A DNA stretch of 64,000 nucleotides from Mobula hypostoma. Lineage: Eukaryota. The notes beneath the pieces were generated by a model. It did no database searches, was not told where the DNA came from, and saw only the letters and a list, made by a program, of their open reading frames with translations. The DNA is taken from NCBI RefSeq assembly GCF_963921235.1, contig NC_086108.1, forward strand, positions 70,122,001 through 70,186,000. Reading direction: 5' to 3'. Below, piece after piece: positions 24,611 to 36,807 of the stretch. Every line of letters begins with the position of its first letter. Within the stretch, counting starts at the first letter, position 1. The translations under genes were made by a program, and so were the position numbers.

Positions 24611-25285
24611 TTATATAAAGCAGTATTTATTACCCTGATCTCCCTCCATTGAAACCTTCCTTAATCCCAACCAAAAATCAAGATATTTACTCAAGCAGGT
24701 CCAAATTTAGTTAAAATATGCTCTGGCAAATCCATGAGTGTGTCCAACACTGTGCCACAAGATGGCAGCATACCATTTTGCAATTGCTGTCTCAAATGTC
24801 AGTCTGCAATATTCTTTCACATCAGAAGCAACTGTGAAACAAAAGGGCAATAAAGACCAATGTGGAGAATGTGATACACAATAATACTTGCACTTTGTGT
24901 GATTATGACATGCCAAGGCAAACTCAGTGCCCCTTTGCTACAGGAAGTTAAGTCTATAATGTGCGCAAACTGAGAATTAGTATCAGGATGGTCAATCAAT
25001 GTGAATGTACTGTTTATCAAGGAGAACCAGGCACAAATGAGATAATACCCAAGGAACAGCCTATTCAACATGTTGGATGCATGGTTACTCTTAGTGAGAT
25101 ATTGGAGAGTTACCATCACCATTAGATTTGTGCAAAGGGGTCACTATTCCATTGCTAGAAAGATATAACTGTTTTTAAGATGTATTATTTTCCATAGTTT
25201 TTTGGACTAAAGTGAAGTCTAGGCTTATGGAGCGTAAGGAAAGATCTGCCATGATCAAATTAAATGACAAACATTGTTCACAAAG

Positions 25286-26110
25286 CTGTCAGAAACCTCA
25301 AAGGAGTTGATCATGGTAGAACTGATGGTGCTTTGGGAAGGCCAGATAGAAGAGGTGTTCAGCATAAGGCAGCCAAATACCAGGAGCTGGTAGAGCAATG
25401 CCAGAGACAAGGGTGGAGGGCATGTTGCGACCAAAAGAGGTGAGGTGAGGTGAGGTGTGGTGTACAGGTTTTGCTGACTGCTTGCTCTGCATAATCTACT
25501 TTCTACTTGGCATTAGGATGGCTGCAAAGAGAAGAGCCATCAGGACAGTCACAGAGGCTGCCAAGCATGCCTTCAGATGGCTATGGATCAAGGTGACCCA
25601 TGGACCAATGCCAAGCATGCCTTCAGATGGCTATGGATCAAGGTGACCCATGGACCAATGCCAAGCATGCCTTCAGATGGCTATGGATCAAGGTGACCCA
25701 TGGACCAATGCCAAGCATGCCTTCAGATGGCTATGGATCAAGGTGACCCATGGACCAATGCCAAGCATGCATTCAGATGGCTATGGATCAAGGTGACCCA
25801 TGGACCAATGCCAAGCATGCCTTCAGATGGCTATGGATCAAGGTGACCCATGGACCAATGCCAAGCATGCATTCAGATGGCTATGGATCAAGGTGACCCA
25901 TGGACCAATGCCAAGCATGCCTTCAGATGGCTATGGATCAAGGTGACCCATGGACCAATGCCAAGCATGCATTCAGATGGCTATGGATCAAGGTGACCCA
26001 TGGACCAATGCTGCTAGGACACAAGCTGGGCCCTGATCAACCCTGGCTTGGTCACCTGTGCGATGTTGAAAGACCTGGTGATGTGTCCCAGAGCATCCTA
26101 GATGTATCTC
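25286..26110 (+). mobile_element. HERO-like (restriction-like endonuclease) non-LTR retrotransposon 3' fragment
   Basis: Translates LSETSKELIMVELMVLWE..YQELVEQCQRQGWRA..GFA..LLGIR.AAKRRAIRTVTEAAKHAFRWLWIK, matching the ELTVPWE..KY..EVGCRGF..ASRWLW C-terminus of HERO-clade elements. Confidence 0.75.
25561..26010. repeat. Near-perfect minisatellite, 9 x 50 bp
   Basis: Unit CCAAGCATGC(C/A)TTCAGATGGCTATGGATCAAGGTGACCCATGGACCAATG. Only unit position 11 varies. Confidence 0.98.
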
Positions 26111-26179
26111 AGCAGCATTGTGGTCAAATCTTGTTCATATTTATCATCTCCTTTTACAGCTTGCCTACTTACTTTGTAA

Positions 26180-26372
26180 AGCCAGCCATTGGTGTAGTGG
26201 CATTAACACTGGACTTTGAGACGAGTGGTTCTGGGTTTGAATCTGGCCAGCTCCTTGCACACTTTCAATCTGTGCTGGGTTGAGCAGAGTTAGCAACTCA
26301 ACCTCAAAAACAAATGCTAAAGAAAGAGCAAGGTTGCTGCCTGATGCGCCGCAAGCCACGGAGAGGAACCAA
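26180..26372 (+). mobile_element. tRNA-derived SINE (same family as 61843-62125)
   Basis: A box TGGTGTAGTGG, degenerate B box GGTTTGAATC, and body ctttcaatctgtgctgggttgagc..gcaactcaacctc. Confidence 0.65.
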
Positions 26373-26394
26373 TTTATTTTGTAAATCTACATTC

Positions 26395-28983
26395 TTTTTT
26401 TTTAATTTTATTTTTATTTGGATAAGGAATTCACAAATATCATGTACTTTTTTCACCCATATAACCTTTTCCATTTTTTATATGTATAAAACTATAATTA
26501 TTTATACATTCTTAAGTACACATTGAGATGATATAAAAGGAAATTAGACACTTAGATAATTATGTACCGTGGTAATTCTAAACTATTAGGCTAAGTAATG
26601 GTATTAGTTGTTAAGAAAAATAGTAATAATAGTTTCCATATAACTCTTCTGGACCATTTCTACTGGTCCAAAATGTTGTATGTAAGCCTATGTAACAACC
26701 ATTTTAGGTGTTTATATCCTAATCTGTTCATGCATGCTCCTGCCCACATACATAATTATCCAATTCCTATGTACTTATTTACTTAATTTTTCCATTTTTT
26801 ATCCCTTTCCCAAATCTTTCCCTTTACTTGTGTTAATTCTCTATTTTCCAAAAGAAAACAAAAAAAAAGACATTTAGACTAGGGGTGCTTACGTTAGCAA
26901 TATTACTGTGTTGATGAGAAGTGCAGTATAAATCATTAGGAGAGTCATCTAAAGTCTGCTCGCATTGGGGTTATATATTCAATCCATTTATTCCAGATTT
27001 GATAAAATTTGAATTCTCAGGGAGTAAGTCAACTTTTCCATTTTAAATATTTCCAAGATAATTTCGTGCCAATCTTCTAATGTAGGTGGTATTGGATTTA
27101 GCCACTCTCCAGTGATTGATTTCTTACTTGCCGTTAAGAGGGCCTGCAGCAACTTTATATCTTCCTTCTGTTCAAGGAACAATACATGCCCCAAATAGAG
27201 CGTCTCAAAGTTCAGAGGTAACTGGGACCTAGGTACCTTAACTAATGTTCTATGAATACCTTCCCAATATAGACTTAATTTAGGGCAATCCCAGAAAATA
27301 TGAAAATGATTTGCCTCCTTGGAGCTGCACCTTCTCCAACACGTCACGTTTGCATCTTTATATTTTTCCCGATATGGGGTCTTGAAGTATCTCATAATGT
27401 TTTTCCAACAATGTTCTCTCCAAGTCAAAGAATTAGTCGAGGACCATTGAAAGCTGCAGATTTTCCCCCAAGCCTCCTCTGAAAGTACCAACCCCACTTC
27501 TTTCTCCCACTTCTCTTTAATATACAGTGTATTTACATTTTTAGCATGGGAGAGTGGATTATATAGTCGAGAAACTGATTTACTAGGTATTGAACTGCAA
27601 GCCGAATTCAGAATCTTGAAAAATTCTAATTCTACTGTTGATAGGTCTGTATATCTACATCTCTGGTTAACATAGTTTCGTACTTGAAGGTACCTAAAAA
27701 AGCCATTGTGTTCTAGGCCATGTTTGTCCTGCAGGATTTGGAAACTTTGTAATACTCTTTTATCTATAAATGAGAGGTAGGTTGTAAGACGTTTCTTTAT
27801 CCATAGCTCAAATGTTTTATCTCCTCTGTTGGGAAGGAATTCGGTATCATATGCACACCATCTAAAGAGTTTTAACATGTTATTAATTCCACATGAATTA
27901 ACCACCTTCTGCCATACTTTTAATGTAAGATTTATCCAACTGTTTCTAAATTTTTCCAACTGGGCCATCAATCCTTTGTCAGCTATTGAGGCCTGAAGAG
28001 GAAAACTGTCAACTAATCCAAATTCTATTTCCTTCCATCTAGCCTTATATTCCCTATTACACCAATATAACAGAGGGGTTATCTGTGAGGCATAAAAATA
28101 ATTTCTCAGGCAAGGAAGAACCTCCTTCCTTCCCTCCCTAACTGTAAGGTGTTATAACGAATTCTAGGTTTCTTTCCTTGCCAAATGAAGCGGGAAATCC
28201 ATTTGTCCCATTCCCTGAATTGATTATCATCCACCTCCACCGGTAAAGTACGGAAAAGATACAATAACCGAGGAAGAATATTCATTTTTATAGTATTTAT
28301 CCTTGAATTTAAACTTAAAAAGGGGATAAGATTCCATCTATGCATATCTGCTTTTATCTCTGAGATTAATGGCCCATAATTTACCTGTGACAGCGTTGAA
28401 AGATCCTTCGGCACGGTTATTCCTAAATATTTTAATGATTTAGCTTCCCACTTAAGATCGTATGTATCCTGCAATTTTTTGGATGGTGTATAATTTAGGG
28501 ACATAACCTGCGTTTTCTTTACATTTATTTTATAACCTGATATTTTCCCAAAGTCATCCAACAGTGTAAACAATCCTATAAATGATTTTTCTGGTTCACT
28601 CAGATAGACCAAAACATCATCTGCGAATAACGCCACTTTCTGTTCAATCCCTGCCACCTTGATACCTTTTACGATTTCGCTCTGTCTTATTAGTTGGGCA
28701 AGCGGTTCAATATATAGCACAAAAAGGAGAGGAGAAATTGAGCATCTCTGTCTGGTGCCTCTCTCTAAGATGAAGGAGTCAGAGAGGTCCCCATTTATCT
28801 TAATTCGGGCTGTAGGGCTGTCATATAGAGTCTGAATTAGTGTAATAAACTTTTCTTGAAAGCCGAATCTTCCTAACACTCTGTATAGGAATGCCCAACT
28901 AACCAAATCAAAAGCTTTCTCAGCGTCCAATCCTCCTACCATTGTCTCTGTCTCAGCGTCCAATCCTACTACCATTGTCTCTG
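26395..28983 (-). mobile_element. 5'-truncated L1-clade LINE (RT plus C-terminal cysteine-rich domain, poly(A) tail)
   Basis: ORFs 28106-28975 ([25 protein letters not shown]) and 26988-27971 (CWRRC..H..WDCP). T-tract at 26395 and a perfect 15-bp TSD TGTAAATCTACATTC at 26380-26394 and 28984-28998. Confidence 0.95.
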
Positions 28984-30321
28984 TGTAAATCTACATTCAT
29001 AAACACTGTTGATTACAGTGGATTTTTCTATTGCCTTTATGCAATCCCTGAATTGCTTAAGTTAACACATCTTGCTCACGTATACTCTCGATGTTTGAGG
29101 GGCAATACCTTCTGAAACTTAGATCCCCTTTATAAAAAAACCATTTTAAAATCCACTTGCTTTCAACTATTTTGCCTTCAGTTAACAATCATTGCCATTG
29201 CAAATCAGTAACGATTCTAAAATTATTGAAAATAATCTTAAACTAAAAGACAAGAAGTCCTTACTATTGTTTTCAATTTAAATTCCACTTTTGTGGGATT
29301 AAACATAAACCTCAGCCATCTTTACGTAACATGCAGTGTACTTGCACTCAAAGTTTGCACAAGTTAGAACTTCGATAAAAATCTGATGATGGAGGTGTTC
29401 ATCACTAACTTGTTCAATTTTTGTTTATAGAATTGCTGCCTGCCAAATGGAAGTATAAACCAACCGTTCTTCTGGTGCTGAGCTTTCTAGATACTCTAAG
29501 AAATCAATCACTTCGATCCAAATGACTGAGGAAAGTTGCTTGGAAGCAAAACATTTTTAAAAATAGAACGATGTTCCATGTATACACTGCACAATTCTTT
29601 CAGCTTTATATATTTCATTCCAAAAAATGTATCAAAAATACAGGATAAAATACAAGTACAATTACACTGCACCCCACTTCATTATATCTTCAAAAGATTC
29701 CGTCCATACATTTCAACAACAGAAATAAAACCTAGGTTTTACCGGTCTGATTTGCTTTAGAGACAGGATATTAATAGTTTAAAAGTACAGAAATTACATT
29801 GGTTTTTTTGATTTGATTCTTGTAAATTCCCATCATAGACCATTTCCAATCTGACACATACACCAGGGTTATATGTTCTGTTAATAAATGAGATATACAG
29901 GAGAAAAGAATATTCTTACATGGTCCCATATGACTCTATTAAGCCAAAACAATAAAAGACTGAAAATATTCTTTATAAATATATTGGCGCTAAGAAACAG
30001 CTCTTGGAAATTTTTACCACCTCAAGTATGCAAAACAAGTGGCTGAAACTTATCCCACATATTTATGATTAGCATCCAAATCAGTAGAAGCATATTAAAG
30101 CTATTATTTTCATAGAGCTCCCAAGCTATTTAGGATTAACACTTCATTAAGACTTAAAATCATTTGAATTCAGAAATACTAATATTCAGAGGTTTCCAGT
30201 TGTTATTATAATTTGACATGATCTTTGTGACAGATATTTAAGCTGCAAAATAATAGGGCACAATATAGCAATATTTTGTGAAATGTTCTAACCCATTTGA
30301 AAAATTACAAATTATTACAGA

Positions 30322-31260
30322 GCAACACACACAAAATACTGGAGGAACTCAGCAGGTCACGCAGCATCCTTTGAGAATAAATAACAATCTCTGTTTCAGC
30401 CAAGACCCTTCATCAGGACTGGAAAAGAAGGGGGAAAACGCGAGAATAGGTGGGAGGAGTGGAGGGAAGGCAAACCTGTCGGTGATAGGTGAAGCCAGGT
30501 ATTTGGAAAAGTAAAAGGCTAGAGAAAAAGGAATCCGAGAGGACAAAAGTGTGGACCATGGGAGAAATGAAAGAAGGTGGAACACCAGGGGGAGGTGATA
30601 GGCAGGTAAGGAGAAAAATTAATAGGCCAGAGTGGGGAACAGAAAAAGAGGGAAGAGGGAAGGGAAAAGAAAAAAATACCGAAAGGAGAAATTGATGTTT
30701 ATGCCATCAGGTTGGAGGCTACCAAGATGGAATATGAAGTAACACACGCAAAATGCCGGTAGAACGCAGCAGGCCAGGGAGCATCTATAGGAAGAAGTAC
30801 AGTCGATATTTCAGGTTGAGACCTTTCGTCAGGACTAACTGCAAGAAGAGGCAGTAAGAGATTTGAAAGTGGGAGGGGAAGACCCGAAGTGATAGGAGAA
30901 GACAGGAGGGGGAAGGATGAAGCCAAGAGCTGGAAAGTTGATTGGCAAAAGGGATACACGGCTGGAGAAGGAGGAGTATCATGGGACGGAAGGCCTTGGA
31001 AGAAAGAAAGGGGGAGGGGAGCACCAGAGGAAGATGGAGAACAGGCAAGGAGTTATTGTGAGAGGGAAAGAGAGAAAAACATTAAAAAACAAACAAATAA
31101 ATAATAAATTAGGGATGGGGTAAGAAGGGGAGGAGGGGCATTAACGGAAGTTAGAGAAATCAATGAGGTGTTGCTCCTCCACTGGCCTCATCATGGCACT
31201 AGACGCCACAGAATGTCGGGATGGAAATGGAGATTGGAATTAAAAGGCTGGCCACCAGGA
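30322..31260 (-). mobile_element. Penelope-like 3' fragment with a second Penelope copy nested at about 30741-31165
   Basis: Two pLTR/hammerhead segments (about 30325-30420 and 30741-30840). The host GIY-YIG coding remnant is interrupted at ggaatatga.gt and resumes at atgaggtgttgctcc. Confidence 0.8.
30801..30836 (-). ncRNA. Minimal type I hammerhead ribozyme motif
   Basis: AGUC-CUGACGA-AAGGUCUCAACCU-GAAA-UA-UC-GACU. Core intact, helix I AGUC:GACU, helix II AGG:CCU, triplet AUC. Confidence 0.72.
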
Positions 31261-32205
31261 ATAATACAGATACATCCCAAGTCTTGTTTTCATTTAAGCT
31301 TAATCAGGCTTAATTTTCCCCTTCTCTTAGTGCTGCAGACATCATGAATTCACCTTTTTCCACTGTGTGTTCATCAGGTTTCCACTCTGCAGGGGTGTTA
31401 AACCAAAACTTCCATGATTCCAAAAACCAGAAGCTCTAATGTGTGCAGCCAAATTCCCGGGCTAACACCATAGTTCAGCAAATATATAATTAGACCATCT
31501 ATGGAACAGGGGAGAATGGAATTTCATGAAAAGCCATTGAGTAATTCTAACTTAAAACAACGTGGCTCAAGTCAGAACTCTATGATACCAGACTTGCTGC
31601 TGGAATTGAAAATCAACCCTCTTTTGTTAACTAAATTAATGTTTCTAAATACATAATTCAGTATTAACCTCCAAGTATCAACTGAGAGCTCAAAATGTCA
31701 CCAAATGAGTTTGAGCAAAGTCAGTCGAGGGAAATACTCTATATTTAAGTAGCCTAGGAAAAGACTGTTGTAAGTTCAACAAGGCTTCACCTATAGCCTA
31801 GGGGAAAATGCAATTTGGATCCATGGAAAATACATCATGTCACATATGCAGTTTGTAACAGTTATTGCACTAAACAATAAGTTTTAGGCACCAATTTTTC
31901 TTAACAGCTGAAAAACTTCCATCTCTGCAAAAGTTACTTAGGATTTGTATTAATGTAAATGCATTAACGTATTACCATTAACATGAATACAATCGGCCAT
32001 CCCACAAGTCCTTAAAATAGTTATGATCTCCCAAGGATCTGAAAATGTAAGAATATCTTTCTAGATTTACTGATTTTGAAAATCAGTAAATAAAAATTAA
32101 AAATAACCTTCAAATAATATCACAATGATAAATCAGTAAATGATCTTGGATAAATTTAACGATCTTTCTTGTCCGACAATGTACAGAAGTCAGTGGATAA
32201 TGAGC

Positions 32206-32285
32206 TCAAAATTCATCTGTGTATCGTTGTTGTGTAGCTATGTCACCAGTCAGCTTTTCTTGGGCTTCCTTCATAGCAAATACCA
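32206..32285 (-). CDS. TXNDC12: TXNDC12 exon 7 (last coding exon): (V)VFAMKEAQEKLTGDIATQQRYTDEF*
   Basis: Acceptor TTTCATTTAG. MKEAQE.LTGD matches the TXNDC12/ERp18 C-terminus. Stop TGA at 32208-32206; phase consistent with exon 6. Confidence 0.93.
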
Positions 32286-32844
32286 CTAAATGAAACCAGA
32301 ACACAGACTTTTTAAAAAGAGGTTATTCAGAGATCAGATATAAAAACTTCTAACCAAGTTAAATAATAAAATCTTGTAACATTTTACTTATATCACTAAC
32401 CAAATGAGAAAAGAGTTACATACACACTGTGAAAATTCTCCTTTCATCAAATGTTTCAGTTAAATGGATTTTGGAAGGTCTGAGTTCAAAGAGCAGTGAA
32501 CGACATAATTAGTTTTTAAAGCTTTGATTTGAAGTTTTTCAAATTCTGATTGGACTAGATAATACAGATTCTTTAAGTTGCCATCAGAACCTCTGAAACA
32601 ACATTTAAGTCTCATTCCATCTTTGATAGGGCAAACATGGACTTGATGACTGATTCAGAAGAAGCAATCTATAAGTGATTTCTAATTTTGGTTTTCCCCA
32701 TCGTCCAACCACAGTGCCCAGCCTTGCTGGAATCTGCCAGCATTTCTTGCCGAGCCAGCGCCCTAAACTTGAGCTGGGTCAGGCCAGTCAGTGCTGATTA
32801 AGCTATGAGAAACTTTTTCTGCACTGTGACAACTCAGGATAACC

Positions 32845-34170
32845 TGCAGGTTGAGTCGGAGGGAATGAAGGCAAATGCAATGTTGGCATTCATTTCAAAA
32901 GGATGAGAAAATACAAGCAAGGTAAAGCTGAGGCTTTATAAGGTATTGGTCATATCCCACTTGGGAGTATTGTGAGCAGTTTTGGGCCCCTTACCTAAGA
33001 AAGGATGTGCTGACATTGGAGAGGATTCAAAGGAGGTTTACAATAATGATCCTGATAACTCAAGGGTAACATATGAGCAGCATTTGATGGGTATGGGCTT
33101 GTAATCGCTGGAGTTTTAGAAGAATAAAGGGAGATCTCATTGAAATCAATGAGGATGACAGCAGAAGGCAAACAGGTGTTCAGCACCCTCTGCCTGTGGT
33201 AAACCGGTCTGTCTCCCTCTCACTCGCTGTGCAGAAATCTTGGGTCTTGGGCAAGGTTTGATCAGTGTGGTTTGTGGATTGGACCCATTTATGGAGGACT
33301 CTGTAGTTCATATTATTTGCATCTCTGGTTACTCTTTTTTAAACTGCTATTTTGATTGGGGTGGACCAGCTCTGTGGACTGTTTCAACAAATGAAAGAGC
33401 GCTCAATTGAACTGAACATCCCTAGACTGTTTCAACAAATGACAGAGCGCTCAATTGAACTGAACATGCCTAGGCTGTTTCAACGAATGACAGAGTGCTC
33501 AATTGAACTGAACATCCCTAGACTGTTTCAAGGACTCTGTGGTTTGATTGGGGTGGACTGCCTCTGTGGCCTGCAGTCAACGATTGAAACAGTGTTCAAT
33601 TGAACTCAACTACAATGAACTTGACTGTTTCAAGGACTCTGTGGTTTGAGGTTTAATATTCTGATTGTTATGCACTCATTTTTCAAAATTTGCATTTTTT
33701 TTGCATGTTGGGTGTTTGATGCTTTCTTTGAACGGTGTCTCTTTGTTTTGTAACCGTCTGCAGGAAATCGAATTTCAGGGTTTTTTACCGCATATATACT
33801 TAGGTAATAAATGTACTTTGAACCCTATTGAATATTGAAAAGCCTAGGTACAGTGGATGTGGAGAGGATGTTTCCTATAGTGGGGGGAGTCTAGGACCAG
33901 AGGGCACAACCTCAGAATAGAAGGATGAGGAGAAATTTTTCGAACCAGAGTAAATCCGTAGAAATTATTGCACACATGGCTATGGAGACCAAGTCATTGG
34001 GTATATTTAAAGCAAAGATTGATAGGCTCTTGATTCGTAAGGGCTTCAAAGGTTACAGGGATAAGGCAAGAGAATGGGATTGAGAGGGATAATAAATCAG
34101 CCATGATGGAATAGCAGAGCAGGCTTGATGGGCCAAATGGTCTGATTCTGCCCTTATGTCTTATGGTCTT
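32845..34170 (+). mobile_element. CR1 3' fragment interrupted by a second repeat (about 33150-33820)
   Basis: CR1 sequence (gagtattgtgagcagttttgggcccc; aaggttacagggataagg; tatgtcttatggtct tail) on both sides of the insert. Confidence 0.7.
33377..33531. repeat. Tandem repeat, 3.2 x 48 bp
   Basis: Unit GACTGTTTCAACAAATGACAGAGCGCTCAATTGAACTGAACATCCCTA starts at 33377, 33425, 33473 and 33521. Confidence 0.9.
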
Positions 34171-34859
34171 ACTTAAGAGATGTCAGCTGATTCAGAAGAC
34201 AATTAACAATGGTAGTTGACAGTATGAGTCGATCAGTAATTTATGCAAATCAGCTCCTCTTGATCCAGAGGTGACATCCACAATGTGCGATGTGAGTGGC
34301 AAACTAATTTTCCCTCCAAACCATTGGAAAAGCATTCAGCAATTACTTTTTATTCATACAATTCATTCTGGAACTCAGAACATATTGTGTAGTAGTGCTG
34401 AACTTTAATCAGGCAGTTCCAACTAAGAAAACGTGTCCAGTTTTTGATTATTTAAATGAACTGTGCCTCCCCCAAAACAATCATAGAATAGCAATAAAAA
34501 AAATGCAGAAACCCCTCACTGGCCAATGACGTAACCAAAGTAATTCTATTTCCATGGACACAATTACAAAAAACAATCACCACTTTTACAAAGGCATTAA
34601 TTTCATTCCAGAAAATCACTGCATCAAATGACAGCATTTGTACATGTTGTGGCTAATGGAATGCTTGATAAAATTATTGATTTTATTTTATACACACACC
34701 AGAAAATTATATTTGAATTAAGGGAAAGGGTGTTCTCAATGGCTTAGGCCTCTCAATTCCCAGATTAAAAAACAAGAATAAACACCAAATAAAGATCGTA
34801 TTCATTCACTCAAATTCTGATTAGTGAGACAAAGCATTCAAGTTGTTTCATTATTTATG

Positions 34860-35070
34860 TATTGATTGATTGATTGACAGGCAGCACCGATGAGGCCCTT
34901 CCAGCCCTTTAAGTTGCACTGCCCAGCAATCCCCTGATCTAACTCTAGCCTAATTACAGGACAATCTTCAAGGACCAATCAACCGGTACATCTTTGGACT
35001 GTGGGAGGAAACCAGAGCACCCAGTGGAAACCCACGTGGTCACAAGGAGAATATACAAACTCCTTACCGG
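34860..35070 (-). mobile_element. V-domain SINE (single-unit form of the 23538 array host)
   Basis: cactgcccagcaat...tagcctaattacaggacaat...tacatctttggactgtgggaggaaaccagagcaccc, with an (ATTG)n tail. Confidence 0.7.
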
Positions 35071-35220
35071 CAGTGTGCATCTCTCTTCTATCCCCTAACA
35101 GATGGTTATCTAAAGCAAAAGCCAAGTGTACATTCCAGCCTAATAAACTGTACAATGACAAAAGAACTAAGATTGGATGGGCATCAAAAGCACAAGTATT
35201 TGATAAAGAAACACACTCAC

Positions 35221-35304
35221 CTTGGTCAGCAGAACTGTAGAAATACTTGTATTTGGGATTTCCCTTTTGATTAATGACCTCAGGATGAACATTACCTCGA
35301 GCAT
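35221..35304 (-). CDS. TXNDC12: TXNDC12 exon 6: (D)ARGNVHPEVINQKGNPKYKYFYSSADQ
   Basis: Acceptor TTTGCAG, donor GTGAGT, 84 nt. Matches human [23 protein letters not shown]. Confidence 0.95.
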
Positions 35305-35523
35305 CTGCAAAGTAACCAACAACAAATGGAATAAATAGAAGAGAAATTCATGATTAATTGATCTATCAGTAGGTCAACTAGCAGATAATTTCTTAAATTG
35401 TATTTCATTACTTTAGCAATTCACTCATAACTATCGGCCAAACAAACCTTTCTGAAACACATGAAGAAAGGAATCGATTAAGTTTCAGAAAGAAGCACTT
35501 CATAGATCAGCAAATAACTAATA

Positions 35524-36329
35524 CAGGTGCACATTCCTTTATCTGAAATTCTGAAATCCAAAAAGTTCCGAAAACCTAAGCTTTTTTCGCCGACAGCTGA
35601 CATCACTCGGGTGTGACGTGGCAGCACGAGCAGATGCCACCAGACGTCAGCTGTGGCTCAGCACTCGTATTGGTTACACGTGCATTTGCTGTTTGCTGAT
35701 ATTTTGTGTTCACTGTTGACTTCGTGTTTAATTTCACTGTGGAAATGTCAAAAAGAGCTGCAGATACCCCTATGGGTAACAATGAGAAAAAGAGAAGGAA
35801 TCTTCTCTATCAATAATGCAGAAAGTGGAGTTATTGCAGAAGCTTGATTGTGCAGCGTCTTACTAAAGAAAATAGTGTCGGAACTACCACTGTATATGAT
35901 TTAAGTAAACAGAAAGACAAGTTACCGAAGTTTTACAGTGACTGTGACGTTCTACATTTATTCTAATAAGTCATTTACCATGTGTTTGATTCAGTTCATT
36001 TGAAGCCATATATTTATATGTTTCATTGAATGTTTTCGTTGTAAATAAAATTTCTTGTCATTATTCCCTAAATGCAGTATAACAATTATTTACATAGCAT
36101 TTACATTGTATTAGGTATTCTAAGTAAAGTAGAGATGATTTAAAGTATACAGGAGGATGTGCGTAGGTTTGGTGCGCCACTGGGTCCTAAAGTCCACCAC
36201 ACTGAGACAGGTTAAATAAGGGACTTGAGCATGTATGTTTTTTGGTATTAGTTGGGGGGGGGGGGTCTGAAATCTGAATTCCGAAATGCAACTGGCCCCA
36301 AGGATTTCGGATAAGGGATTGTGGACCTG
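35524..36329 (+). mobile_element. Tigger4/Zombi-like pogo element, internally deleted
   Basis: TA TSDs and TIRs CAGGTGCACATTCCTTTATCTGAAAT / CAGGTCCACAATCCCTTATCCGAAAT. Transposase N-terminal remnant MSKRAADTPMGNNEKKRR..QKVELLQKLD..VGTTTVYDLSKQKDKL. Confidence 0.88.
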
Positions 36330-36598
36330 TACTATACAATTGAAGAGGTACGATTTAAGAAACAAATATCATCTGCCAGAATTGTCTACTCTTTAAATAG
36401 TTAAAAGCAGCTCCTTTCAGTAGAAAAACAAAAAGTTGGTGGGACAAAATTGTGGCATTAATTTGCAAATTATAGGCTTTACTTAAAGCAGAGACCAGTT
36501 TTACAATGTTCAGAATGGGTTGATTTGGTAATCTCACAGATGGCACCAATTCAGCAGTGCTAACCAGGGAGGTAACATGTCAGGAACTTAGTTCTTAC

Positions 36599-36668
36599 CC
36601 AAGAATAAAATCCGAGGTACATAACCTCCATCTGGGCTAAATGCCAAATCCTTTGGCTCCTCGTCATC
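36599..36668 (-). CDS. TXNDC12: TXNDC12 exon 5: DDEEPKDLAFSPDGGYVPRILFL
   Basis: Acceptor TTTTGTAG, donor GTAAGA, 70 nt. Contains the AGR/TXNDC12 signature SPDGGY.PRILF. Confidence 0.96.
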
Positions 36669-36807
36669 CTACAAAAGCAATGGGAGAAATACTCAAATAA
36701 AATTCAATAAACCGCATCATGCTATCCTTCTGTATGACTTACTTAGACAACAGAAGGAAAAGTATTTAATTGGGAAAGGGCTTACAACGATGCTATTAGG
36801 CAGATAT

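Noticed and set aside
25561-26010. CRISPR array or repeat protein (ORFs 25455-25646, 25900-26283)
   Set aside because: These are head-to-tail 50-bp units without spacers. The unit length is not a multiple of 3 and one frame contains stops.
32100-32208. Selenocysteine read-through of the TXNDC12 TGA
   Set aside because: The TGA follows a KDEL-like terminal motif at the homologous protein end, and no convincing SECIS was seen.
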